From Octopus bimaculoides (Eukaryota), in contig NC_068982.1 of the NCBI RefSeq assembly GCF_001194135.2, positions 46,013,457-46,067,364 of the forward strand: a DNA stretch of 53,908 nucleotides, given 5' to 3'. Of this stretch, positions 13,776-26,164 are shown piece after piece. Every line of letters begins with the position of its first letter. The stretch's first letter is position 1. The notes under the pieces were generated by a model. That model ran no database searches. It was not told the DNA's origin and saw nothing but the letters and a program-made list of their open reading frames with translations. Position numbers and translations under genes: made by a program.

Positions 13776-14169
13776 AGAAATTACTACGCCATTACATTCC
13801 ACCGATTTCTATATATATTCAACAAATTCAAATCTTGCCTACTGAGATAAATTTATTTCGGCGATAAGATCTAATAAGTTTGAAACTTATTTGTTGCTGT
13901 TACCATTTGACTCTAAAGGTAAGATCCATTCGTATCTACACCGCTTTGTATTACTCAAAAGTTTCGACTGGCTGATTGCATTAACGATATCTCCTCTGGT
14001 TGTTGATTTTAAATTTTAAACACCCCCTAGAGAGATTTTTTTTTCTATTAATGACGTGGATAATCTAGCGTAATTGAAGTTTATCAACTCACTATATTAC
14101 TTATGTGGAACACTGCTGCATGTATATTTTGGACAAGGAATGTTACCTTCAGGGGAACATTCACTCAAC

Positions 14170-14340
14170 ATGGAAGTTTGGATGAGTAGTAAACGCAGCA
14201 TGAGCGAACGTCTAGAAATAAACCAAGATAAAACGAGACACAAAAGAGACCAAAGAAAATTTCAGAAAACAAGTTGGAGCATAATATCCAGAACAACAGA
14301 TGAGTTAAGGAGTGGTCTGGAAGAAATAGCTACTCTACCG
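14170..14340 (+). mobile_element. Possible decayed RTE-like LINE C-terminal fragment
   Basis: Translation EINQDKTRHKRDQRKFQKTSWSIISRTTDELRSGL loosely resembles RTE ORF2 ends (EL..GKR.RGR.RKR...W..LA.DR..WRSG). Weak similarity, judged by eye. Confidence 0.3.
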
Positions 14341-14544
14341 CTCCAAAATATTTACTGAATAAAACCTATTAGACTACAAAGAAGACTTTGTTGAATCTCA
14401 AATAAAAATGATTTGCCGTAAGGAATAGCGAGCCTAATACAGAAGTTCTGTCTTTTTCACTTTGTGATTCACTGGAGATAAAAGAAAATGACTGGAATTT
14501 TTGTATGGAAAGTTCGTTTTAAAAAAAGTGAGAAAGAATAAGAA

Positions 14545-14548
<4 letters not shown>

Positions 14549-14624
<76 letters not shown>
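14549..14624. repeat. (GA)n microsatellite
   Basis: Direct sequence. Confidence 0.95.
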
Positions 14625-14627
<3 letters not shown>

Positions 14628-15377
14628 TATAATTACCTAAATAAATCATATTAAATTATGAATACGGGAAAGTTATCAATAATAAATATTTTGAGAAGCT
14701 CGAGTATTGTATGGACCTTCTAAAGCCTTAAATTATGTGTTTGAAAAATAGGTGGCGCAGTTATATAATCCTTACTGTGCACTGTTTGAAAACCAACAAT
14801 TTAGTATTTCATCCTACACCTCTTTTTAACATCTGACAGTATCCAGCACCGCACTTAGGGTGGTGGATTGATGGAATAGTTAGAATGAGCGAATAAAATT
14901 CCTTGCGGCATACGTTCTTGCTTTCTACTTTCTGAGTTCAAATGCCGTGGAAGTTCATTTTTATCGTTTATCTTTCTTGGTTGGGTTTTTTTTTTTATAA
15001 TCGTCGAAATGTGTATTGTTACGAAACAAATAAAATGATATATTTTCGAAAGGAGAATTGCCTTCAGAACAGCAGAAATTAATGGGTAAACTACCCTTAT
15101 AAAATTTTCCGCTTCATAAGGGTAATTTATCCAGTATTTCTGCTGTCCTAACGGCAATTCTGCGTTCGAAAATACATCATCTTATTTGTATCGTAACAAT
15201 AAAGTGGGATCAATGGGGTCGACTCGACAAACTCCTTCTCTAAAGTTTCTAACTCTAAACTTATACAAAATATAACTGTGCAAGTTTCTTCGAGATCTCG
15301 CTTCAGATTTATTTTTACTGACACGCATTCACTGTTTCTGGTCTTTTTATTATATTTTCACGTTTTTATCTTTGATC

Positions 15378-15759
15378 TTTTACTTATTTCAGTCGTTTTT
15401 TGACTGCGGCCATGCTGGAGCACCACCTTGAAGGATTTTGGTCGAACATAAGCCTGGTACGTATTCTGTCGGTCGATTTTGCCGAACCGCTAACTTACGG
15501 GGACATAAACACACCAACACCGGTTGTCAAATGGTGGTGGTGGTGGTGGGGACAAACACAGACACAAAGACAGACACACGCGTAGATATATATATATACG
15601 ACGTGCTTCTTTCAGTTTCCATCTATTAAATCCACTCACGAAGCTTTGGTCGGCCCGAGGCTATAGTAGAAGACATTTGTTCAAGATACCACGCAATGGT
15701 GAACCCGGGACCCTGTGTTTGAAAAGCAAGCTTCTTATCACACAGCCATGCTTATGCCT
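15378..15759 (-). mobile_element. tRNA-derived SINE family C, near full length
   Basis: Minus head GGCATAAGCATGGCTGTGTGATAAGAAGCTTGCTTT...CCGGGTTCACC. Body contains CCTCGGGCCGACCAAAGC and GATGGAAACTGAAAGAAGCACGTCG, an internal microsatellite, and a 3' part GGTGCTCCAGCATGGCCGCAGTC. Matches 38655-39095 and 50505-50935. Confidence 0.9.
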
Positions 15760-16346
15760 GAAATACTTATTTTTTGTTTCTCACTTTTCAAATTTTGGAC
15801 ATTAGCCATTAAAATACAACCAGCACATAATGTATTACAAATATAAGGCGGGTAAGTTAACGAGAGCGAGTGAGAAAGAAAAGAGAGAGAGAGAAAGACA
15901 GAAGGGAGGGAATGAGAGAGAGTGCGTGTGTCAAAATATGAGATTAAGGGTTAATGAACAGTGTAAAGAAAAATAAAGTATATGAAACATTATAACCAAT
16001 ATCAAGCAAAAGAAAGTAAGGACTTCCATAACGCTGCTTGATATGCTAGATATAGAAGCCTAAAATATCTCAAATCTCACCCTGTAGTTTAAAAAAAAAA
16101 GGCGTATTGAAAATTGTGGACTTGGGGACTCCAACTAATGGAAAATGATGAGATGGTCAATTCTGAAATACTTTTGATCATTGCGTTTTTCAATCATTGA
16201 TGACTTCGGACCAAACAACAGAAATAACTAATCAATGTAGCTTATTGGATGACGTACTTTTCTAGGTGGAGCATGTCTAAAACAACTATAGGATGGTCAA
16301 AGATGGGGCATCTCTCATCGCAAGGCAGCTACACATGCGCGCACGC

Positions 16347-16399
<53 letters not shown>

Positions 16400-16882
16400 T
16401 ACACGTTTACAGGATTGTTTCGTTTTCTGGTTTAGCTGTAATCTTTTTTTAATTTTTCTTTGAACCTATTCTTCCGTTATTGTTCAATGTTTGAGTCAAC
16501 GAGTCGTTTCTCCAACAGCTTCAACAAAAGATCTTTACACCTTTAGAACGAGCAAAAGTGTCGTTACTTATCGGAATAACAATAATATCCAGTTCAGAGG
16601 TGTCAAGGAGACTATGTCCGTTGGGACCGTTTCTCTTTAATTGCCGGTATTTTTTTTGGTGTTCTGTTGTTTGTTTTTCGAGTTTCTTGTACGTCTCTCT
16701 TTCGTCTCTGTGTACAGACACTTTACACCTACAAACGCACACAAGAACACACACACACATATTGCACATACACACATGCATACATATGTGTATATGTATA
16801 CATACATACATATATATATATATGTATATATATGTATGTATGTATATATATATATATATACATATACATTATGATATATATA

Positions 16883-16932
<50 letters not shown>

Positions 16933-17021
16933 TTATAATATATATTCATATATATATATACACACATATACATTATAATATATATTCATATATATACATA
17001 TGTACATATATATATGTATAT

Positions 17022-17315
17022 GGGGAGAATTCACAAAAAATAAAACAAAAGACAAAGACAGGTGGTGTAGACAACAAACAGATGTATTCGTTTAACGCCC
17101 GGGAAGTGAAAAGTCTTTAACGTTTCGAGCCTACGCTCTTCCATAGAAAGGAACACAGAAAGAAACAAGGAGAGAAAATAAAGAATGTGTAGTGGCTAGC
17201 GATCTATCATGGCGAATGTCGGATAGAAGGGTCACACAGCAGAGCTAGCAAGAAGGGGAGATAATAAAGTAGTGGTAATCCCAAAACGAAGGTGTGCGCG
17301 CATGTGTATAAGAGA
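17022..17315 (-). mobile_element. Penelope-like 3' UTR/terminal repeat carrying a hammerhead-like motif
   Basis: Minus strand CTTTCTATGGAAGAGCGTAGGCTCGAAACGTTAAAG followed by a T-rich tail, which recurs at about 36995-37050. Same strand as the GIY-YIG remnant at 18357-18478. Confidence 0.6.
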
Positions 17316-17439
17316 GTATGTATGTGCGTGTAGGAGAGGGTTGGTGACCTTGACATGTGCGTGTGTGTATGGGTAGGTGTGTGGATGTGGGGCTGGGAAG
17401 TGGTCTGTGCTAGTGTGTGCATGATGGTGTGATGTAATG

Positions 17440-17950
17440 TGTTGCGTGGTATGGTGGTATTTGCGGTAGTGGTAGTGGTGAAGATTGTGGTGGAGGTTTT
17501 GGTGGTGGTGGTTGAAGTAGTGGTGTTTGTGGTAGTGGTAGTAGTGGTAGTGGTGGTGGTGGTTGTGGTGGTGGTTGAGGTGATGATGTTTGTGGTAGTG
17601 GTGAAGATTGTAGTGATGTTGTAACTGAGGTGGTTGTGGTAGAGATTGTGATAGAGGATGTGGTAGAGGTTGTAGTGGTGGTGGTGATGGTAGTGGTGTT
17701 CGTGGTGGTTGTAGTGGAGATTGTTGGGGCAGTGGTAGTGGTTGTAGTAGTGGTAACAGTGGTGATGGTGATAATGGCAGTGGTTGTAATGGTGATTGGT
17801 GGTGGTGGCAGTGGTAATGGTAATTATGGTGGTAGCGCTGTGGGTGGTTGTGGTGATGGTGGTAGTGGTGTTTGTGGAGATTTTAATGGTTGTGGTGGTT
17901 ATTGCAGGGGTGGGGTATTTGTAGTTGGTAGGTGGTGGCGGCGGTGGTAA
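17440..17950. repeat. Degenerate (GTG/GTA/GTT)n low-complexity tract
   Basis: Imperfect G/T-rich triplets; the Thr/His/Val-rich ORFs here are by-products. Confidence 0.9.
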
Positions 17951-18135
17951 CTGTTTACACTTCAATAATGTCTTTTACAAAGAAATGACAATTGCTAAGG
18001 TAACCATGGTGATGCTAATGGTATTTTGTTATTTTTAGGGTCTAGTTTGAAAAACAAAGGAAAGGTTGAGGGTATTGACTAACCCACCTCCTTCAAAACT
18101 TTTGGGTTTGTGCATAAATCAGAAACCATTATCAA

Positions 18136-18136
<1 letters not shown>

Positions 18137-18201
<65 letters not shown>

Positions 18202-18347
18202 GGTGGTGAGCTGGCAGAATCATTGGCATGTTGGGCAAAATGCTTAATGGTAGTTCGCCCATCGCTATGTTCTGAGTTCAAATTCTGCTAAGGTCAACTT
18301 TGCCTTTCACCCTTTCGGGGTCAATAAATTAAGTACCAGTGAAACAN
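18137..18347 (+). mobile_element. (ATT)n run followed by SINE family B, truncated by a gap
   Basis: About 20 ATT units, then AAGGTGGTGAGCTGGCAGAATC ... GAGTTCAAATTCTGCTAAGGTCAACTTTGCCTTTCACCCTTTCGGGGTC. Confidence 0.9.
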
Positions 18348-18356
18348 NNNNNNNNN

Positions 18357-18478
18357 ATCCGAACACGGACAGGTGTTGCAAAGAGTGACCGGTAAAGCGG
18401 AAATGGTGCGAGACCGGGGTGTCATTGCAGCATCGGATGTCTCGGAGGTGTTCCGCGAAATGGTGACCCAAGCGACCC
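18357..18478 (-). mobile_element. Penelope-like element GIY-YIG endonuclease fragment
   Basis: Minus translation RLGHHFAEHLRDIRCCNDTPVSHHFRFTGHSLQHLSVFG matches the RxxxRFxEHLRDIR...PVxxHF..xGHS motif of PLE GIY-YIG domains. Confidence 0.8.
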
Positions 18479-18827
18479 ACCCACACACACACGTACACAC
18501 ACATATACATAGTGGACTGTTCTGTGATGGTCAGATGGTAAGTACATAGTACTCCATCTGGTGAGAGATAACATTTTATTTAATAGACACAATAATGCTT
18601 TTATGTGCTACTAGTAGTTTCATATGTTGAGAAATACCTCAAACATATTCATCAGACGCACACACATATACTCGTATATACTGAGAGATAGCGATAAAAA
18701 GAGAGCGAGAGACAGGCAGACAGACAGAAAGAGGCAGAGAAAGGGTGCATGTGTCTGAGTGTGTTTGTATGTTTGTGTGTGTGTATGTGTACTTATGTGT
18801 GCGTGTATTGGAGTGTCCATGTAAGTG

Positions 18828-18921
<94 letters not shown>

Positions 18922-18961
18922 TACATATATTCGATAACTATACAAGCATGCGCGCGCAAAC

Positions 18962-19002
<41 letters not shown>

Positions 19003-19939
19003 AACACAAACGCAAAGACTTACATACAGGCACGCACGCGCGCGCACAGATGCACACACACACACACACACACACACGCGAACACGCATGTATGCATACA
19101 TCCGTACAATTGACAGATTGTTCAGCCGTTGCTTGCTTCTACAAGCATCATGATATTTCGAAGACGTTACACCAACAATCCTAACATTAGATATTAGTTG
19201 AAGAAATGAACAACTATCCGCATATTCTAAATCCCTGTATATCGGCAACACGTTTGATAATTAGTGATAATAATCTAATTAGACGTGAATAAATAGGTTT
19301 TATTTCAACGGGGTATAAATGGATGTGCACACATGCACGCGTGTGTGAATATTCGAGTGTATGTGTGTGTATGTAATTGTGTGTGAGTGTATGTATTTGT
19401 GTGTGTATGTGATTGTGTGTGCGTGTGTGTGTTGTAGGTTAGTATAGGTATATACATAGATGCAAATATATATATATATATANNNNNNNNNNNNNNNNNN
19501 NNNNNNNNNNNNNNNNNNNNNNNNNNNNNNNNNNNNNNNNNNNNNNNNNNNNNNNNNNNNNNNNNNNNNNNNNNNNNNNNNNNNNNNNNNNNNNNNNNNN
19601 NNNNNNNNNNNNNNNNNNNNNNNNNNNNNNNNNNNNNNNNNNNNNNNNNNNNNNNNNNNNNNNNNNNNNNNNNNNNNNNNNNNNNNNNNNNNNNNNNNNN
19701 NNNNNNNNNNNNNNNNNNNNNNNNNNNNNNNNNNNNNNNNNNNNNNNNNNNNNNNNNNNNNNNNNNNNNNNNNNNNNNNNNNNNNNNNNNNNNNNNNNNN
19801 NNNNNNNNNNNNNNNNNNNNNNNNNNNNNNNNNNNNNNNNNNNNNNTACCGATCTCAGGCTGGAAAACAAAAATAAATAAAAATAACAATATGCAACACT
19901 AGACGCAAACTAAAACAAATGAAAGATGAATAAACGTCA

Positions 19940-19969
19940 ATAATAACAATAATAATAATAATAATAATA

Positions 19970-20025
<56 letters not shown>

Positions 20026-20045
20026 TAACACTAATAATAATAATA
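19940..20045. repeat. (AAT)n microsatellite
   Basis: Direct sequence. Confidence 0.95.
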
Positions 20046-20536
20046 AAAGCTATCTAAAGCAGTAATGAAAATCAATTAATTCTTCAAATTTCAATTTGTT
20101 CTCTAAAAGATAGGATCTAAATTAACAATCAACTGTCTGAGAATGTTTGCGGCAGCAAGCCGACTTCTAATGTATCAATCACAATATCTAGCGAAGAGGA
20201 AGCGAGTGACCTAGAGACAGGAATTCAGCGAAGAAAGCTACCTGGAATCGGGAAACAAAATGAGAATTTTATAAAGGAAATGAAAGAAAAGGTAAAACGT
20301 AACCGAAAACAATAAATAAAATCTTGCGCGAAACTAGCAAGAAATCTCAAGTTAAAATGATAAAACAGTTGAAGCTGTAAGGATAATAATCAATGTGATT
20401 TTAACGAAGAATAACATAAGCTTTGGACACTGTTTGCAAAAGCATTCAATGTATTTGATTTAATGTATGATCCGTATCATACGGTGTGATATCATATTGC
20501 ACACACACAGACACAGACACACAGACACAGACACAC

Positions 20537-20589
<53 letters not shown>

Positions 20590-20832
20590 CAGACAAACAG
20601 AGTGAGATATATATATANNNNNNNNNNTAGATTCCTTAAGGGTCGTTCTCATTGTTTATATTTCCAAGGTTTCAAATTTGTATGTTTAAAAATGTAGAAA
20701 CTCACAACACGACCGATCTATATTCCATTTATTTAATTCTTTACCATTCGATGTCAACATATATATATATATATGTATATGTATATATATGTATAACTAT
20801 ATGTGTGTATACATATATATAAATATTCATAT

Positions 20833-21170
20833 AGTGCCAAAGCTCTCAGCATCCCCATCAAAATACAGGACCAGATACTGCAACAGCTTGGGTTTCACGG
20901 GCCCACAGCTCTTCAATATCCTTCCAAAATGCCTGGGTGACCTGCATGGTGTATATGTAAGTGTCTTCAAAACAAAACTGGATCTCCTTCTATCAAGGGT
21001 TCAAGATGAGCCCACCTTACGCCAGGAAACACAGATAAGGACAGCAGCATCAAACTCCCTTATTCACCAAATGCCATATATATCAGAAGAGGTTTCAAAT
21101 AATGGTGTCAACGGGGGTGCCCCAGCATGACCGCAGCTTTGAAGCTGAAACAATTAAATCTTTATTTTCA
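20833..21170 (+). mobile_element. CR1/L2-group LINE ORF2 C-terminus and 3' UTR, 5'-truncated
   Basis: Translation NSLGFTGPQLFNILPKCLGDLHGVYVSVFKTKLDLLLSRVQDEPT...AASNSLIHQ matches the conserved NSF..RGP.LFN.LP..IR...FK..LD..L...PDEP...AASNSL end of invertebrate CR1-type ORF2. Confidence 0.8.
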
Positions 21171-21173
21171 AAG

Positions 21174-21219
<46 letters not shown>

Positions 21220-21637
21220 NNNNNNNNNNNNNNNNNNNNNNNNNNNNNNNNNNNNNNNNNNNNNNNNNNNNNNNNNNNNNNNNNNNNNNNNNNNNNNNNN
21301 NNNNNNNNNNNNNNNNNNNNNNNNNNNNNNNNNNNNNNNNNNNNNNNNNNNNNNNNNNNNNNNNNNNNNNNNNNNNNNNNNNNNNNNNNNNNNNNNNNNN
21401 NNNNNNNNNNNNNNNNNNNNNNNNNNNNNNNNNNNNNNNNNNNNNNNNNNNNNNNNNNNNNNNNNNNNNNNNNNNNNNNNNNNNNNNNNNNNNNNNNNNN
21501 NNNNNNNNNNNNNNNNNNNNNNNNNNNNNNNNNNNNNNNNNNNNNNNNNNNNNNNNNNNNNNNNNNNNNNNNNNNNNNNNNNNNNNNNNNNNNNNNNNNN
21601 NNNNNNNNNNNNNNNNNNNNNNNNNNNNNNNNNNNNN

Positions 21638-21673
<36 letters not shown>

Positions 21674-23701
21674 AATATATACTAGCAGAGGTACCCGGCG
21701 CTGCTCGGGAATTAAATAGTCTATATATATATATATATACGCGCGCGTACACACATACACAGATAAATAGATAAATTGATAGATAGATAGATTGTGTAAC
21801 TGAAGCAAGAAATTAAGCTCTACCTTCCTCCCCTGATGTTGAGCATGAATGTAGATTCTCTGATACATGGGTCACAGAAATCCAACATAAAGAAAACCAA
21901 AGAGGACTAGCTCATGCGAATGCTGAATGCCCAGAAATACATTCGTCTTGTTTGTTCTGGTATTGCATTCTTGAACGTCAATTTAAGATCGATGATACTT
22001 TTAGTTTGTGAACCACAACTACAAATGTTCTATCTGACATATGCTTATGTCAGAACGTAAGAAAATAAGAAAGCGAATGGGCGAGTCAGATAGAGAATAT
22101 AAGTGTGTTTTTAAAACTTTGACAGTCGAGTTTGTTGACCTCTTTTGTATTGGCTTTTTTCGCAAATCTGATATTAGTGGGAAATATTCTAAAGAGAAAA
22201 TGTCTAAGTTAGAGATATTGATCGTTACTTTAATAGATGTCGCCATCTTCGTGAATGTTATTTAAGTGTTTGCAACAAAAGTCAAGTGGTTCTTTTACAA
22301 AGTGTACATAAATGAGACACAATAACAAACCATCCCTTTTTAGAATTCTCCAGTAATAGGATTATTTACTTCGTGCACACCATACCCACTGGTAAAAATT
22401 ATATCTTCCTTAACCACAAATAAATATGATTACAGAATAATCTCCTTTTAAGGATGTTTATTTCTTTCGTTGGTCTATAACAAGTCAACAATAAAGGTCT
22501 TAATAGAAATAACTACATGAGATTAGTTTACTACCAAATCGGACAAAAAAAGTAAATAAAGCAAACTATAGACATGTAATTGTATAACGACCGCTCGAAC
22601 TTGCATAACAATTTTTGCATAAACAACATTAGTGCGATACGAACCTCCATTAATGTAGTAATTATATAGACATTAGTTTTCTGTCCGACACGGCTGACTG
22701 TGTAAAACAGTAATATCCAAACACATTGTTCATATAGATTAGATGAAAAAAAGAAAGACAAATATTTACAAATATTTAAAAGAAAAATGAAGATATTTTC
22801 TTTTTGTAAACAAATCGCGTTTGCATTTTTATGCACAATAAGGAAATTGAACATCTTGTAATATAGAGAAGCTCATTATTAAAGATTTTAGATGGAGAGT
22901 GTTTACAATAACAATATAGTTTATCAAATATTTTATTTTGTTTTGGTATTGTCTGGTGGAAGAGGTTGGGTTTGACATCCTTATGAGGCGGAGGCCCCCT
23001 CCTTGTTGGGATGTCAATTCAATAAAAATGTTTTATGTTGGACAGGCGTGTATAAGTTTTTAATCTAACTTTGTAATTTACGCCTTCTGTAATATACTCA
23101 TGTTTCCAATTTTCGACGTTGCTGAAATTGTGATAGGGGAACATTAAACCATTATTATTTCTTTAAGTAAACGAAATAATTAAGTGATTACCTAGAAACC
23201 AAAAAAAAGATTTAAAAAATTTCATTTGCACACGTAATACAGTTTTGGTTTTTTGTTAAGAAAAATATCCTCTTCGCGAATTCTTCAATTAATTTCTTTG
23301 CTTATATTAGTTAGCGTCAAATATTCTCTCCATTATCATGAAAACTATCCACGCCTCCGTAATCCATATCTTTTAATTGCCTTGCGACTCCTTTGTAATA
23401 ACAAAAGATTAATTACTAGAAAAATTGGACTTACACCATTCGTCTTTCATTTTCTCATAGCCTAATGTTACCCTACAATTTAAAAAAAAATTCCACTCAT
23501 ATGCTGAACTCACAAATAATCTCTTTTTCTGAGGTTATGTATATATGTGCGTTCACCATTAGCGTTCGGATGTATGTATGTGTACGCATGAGCCAGTAAT
23601 ATTTCTTACTTTCTTTCTCTCCCACTTTTCACCTGACGATTTAGCATATACATCATAGTCGTGATGATTAAACAACTATCAATTTATTTTATTGTCTATA
23701 T

Positions 23702-24007
23702 CATTGGTTCTCGACCGGGGTCTATGTGGTTGTTGGTGAGGGGTGGTAGTGCTTGTGGCCGTTAGTGGTTCATGTGGCCCTTGGGGGTCCATATAAATTT
23801 CTGTTGTCAAAATTTATCTGCAATAAATTGGTTATACTTCTACAATGCACAAAATATTTGAACAATTTTGTTTATACAATTTCTAACAATATTAAGTTAT
23901 AAAAAATATAGGATTTAAAAAGAAAAAATTGAATGGCTATGGAAGTTCACCTAAGTAAAATCGGAATCAAAGGGTTCCATAGGCAAAAAAATGATTGAGA
24001 ACCACTG
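23702..24007. mobile_element. hAT-type MITE with TIRs and 8-bp TSD
   Basis: Left TIR CATTGGTTCTCGACC, right TIR GATTGAGAACCACTG. Flanks GTCTATAT (23694-23701) and GTCTGTAT (24008-24015) match 7/8. The internal segment GAATGGCTATGGA..TCACC is shared with 43165-43980. Confidence 0.8.
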
Positions 24008-25366
24008 GTCTGTATTAAAAACCGTGTTCCTAAATTATTTAAAAAAAATGTGTATAACACTATGACCTGGAAATGGAATGTTTACAACCATCTGTATATC
24101 AAAAAATGAATTCATAAATTTCTCCATAAAATGTGTGTAACGGTATATATCAGATATGGAGATTCCTCCACTATCTTTATATCACAGAATTAAGGGTAAA
24201 CTTATTGGATTATTTCTGAAAACTTTATCCAAAAATCTTGAAAGCGTAGCATATGTTGTGTCTGTATCAAAAGATAGTAGCTTATCTGCTAATCATTGAA
24301 AAGTGAAGGAAATTGGAATACGATGATTACTTAATGCACTTAATGTATACACTTTATATACATTATGCATAATTTTATAGTCTTAATACACAACACTCTC
24401 CCTCTTTCTCTCTCACTCTTCACCTTACCCTCTTTTTCTTTTATTCTTCACCTTTTCCTTGAAATAATCACGTGAAAGCGTTACAGACGGGCTAAGTAAC
24501 GGAGGAAAAGAAACAGTTAAGAAAATTACATATTCCACTCATCACCACCTCTCCCACCCTCCTCCATTCTCCAATTTCTCTACCCTTCTCATTCTTTCCC
24601 TTCCGCTCCAACTAATCACATGGAAGCGTTACGGTCAGGCTAAGTAAAGGAGTGACAAGCAGAATAATTATAAGATAACAATGTTCACAACTTTCTTCGT
24701 AAAATATATCGTGTTTATGGATGTTACCAACGATATAATATGAAGTTGTTCATAAATTATTTTATCACCAAAGCGGAGTTTCTTTTCTTCTTATTCTTTT
24801 TTTTTTTTTAGTGTGTTACGGCGAATAACGATCATAAGACATCGAGAAGTGATTCAAGGAAGGCAGAGAAAGTACAGGGAAAAATTGAAAGAAGACAGAA
24901 AGAAATAAGAGTTAGGGATAAAGAGAAGAAAATCAGGAATGATATGAAGCATTGCCTCAGGAGGAAAAGAATGAAATTTATGCCAAAATAAGAGCTAGAA
25001 GCTGTTGTACGACAAACGACGATGCCGAAGATAATAAGGAAAGAATGAGAATTGTTAAGCATGAAAGAAAGCAAAGTACAAACGTTGATGATCGGCAAGA
25101 ATATTATGCACTAGCCATAATAATAAGAAAAGCTACAAGAGAAAACATTACCGAAGAAAATAGACAAGACTTCCGAGAAATTAATCAAAGGATTATCATG
25201 AAAATGACAAGACATTATCACCGAGTGGAAAGTTGTTTATTGTTGATACAGCACCACAAAACGGGTCTGGGGATTTCCACGGATACTACTTATTTGGTAT
25301 AGACGAGGTCGAGTGTACTTTAAAATAATACCCTTCAACAACAAACGCATATATACAACTCATTCC

Positions 25367-25428
<62 letters not shown>

Positions 25429-25727
25429 CTCTCTCTCAGTCTCTCTCTCTTTCTCTCACACACATACACACACTAACACATGCGCATGCGTGTGTGTATT
25501 TCTTTATCTTTTGTCGTCGATCAGAAATCCTACTTTCAGGTCCACTATGCAAAATAACCATTGTTTCATTTAATATCGAAATCTTTGTGAATACTTAATT
25601 AAAATTATACTACGTGCAAAATGACTGAGAGCAGTTGTCGTCATCGTCATCGTCGACGTTGCTCTTGTTGCTACTGTTTGAAAACAATAGTTGCATTTGA
25701 GAGAGTTCGTGCTACAATATCTGCCAG

Positions 25728-26025
25728 TGGAGGCACGTGGCTTAGTGGTTAGGGTGTTAGACTCATGATCGGAGGAATGTGGTTTCGATTACTAGACCTG
25801 GCGGCGCGTGGTGTTCTTCAACAAAGCACTTCATTTCACGTTGCTCGAATCTACTCAGCTGGCAATTTTGGAAGAGTGGCTGAGTCGATTACACTCACCC
25901 TAGTACTCAACTGCTATTTATTTTATCGACACACAAAGGATGAAGTCATAGTCAACCTAGGTGTCATTTGAATTCGAAACCTAAAGATGGACCAAATGCC
26001 TGGCGTGCTAACGATTCTGTCGGTT
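25728..26025. mobile_element. SINE A head (+, 25728-25866) fused to an inverted SINE B remnant (-, about 25867-26025)
   Basis: GGAGGCACGTGGCTTAGTGGTTAGGG...ACTCAGCTGGCAA joins directly to TTTTGGAAG...TTTATCGACAC..AAGGATGAAG...GGCGTGCTAACGATTCTG. Confidence 0.7.
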
Positions 26026-26164
26026 CATCACACACACACGTTTTCTTTTCTTATCCTAATCATTTCAATCATTGGACTGTGGCTATGCTGGGGCACTACC
26101 CTGTGAGCGTGATACATGAATACATACACGTACACATACATGATTGCCTCGATTTAAATGAATA

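Noticed and set aside
16547-16646. Plus-strand AG/GT-bounded segment
   Set aside because: The donor is weak, no peptide is recognisable, and such pseudo-exons are expected by chance in 54 kb.
17207-17965. 252-aa Thr/His-rich mucin-like ORF
   Set aside because: It is a translation of a degenerate triplet repeat, with no splice signals, signal peptide or domain evidence.
21820-22010. ENQRGLAHAN as a Helitron Rep HUH motif
   Set aside because: The spacing differs from ExQxRGxPHxH, the key Pro and His are absent, and the flanking motifs are missing.
23070-23472. Small minus-strand exon candidates VTLGYEKMKDEW (23472-23435) and NVENWKHEYITEGVNYKV (PTB-like)
   Set aside because: The two are phase-incompatible, the expected following KYLG exon was not found, and they are too short to distinguish from chance.
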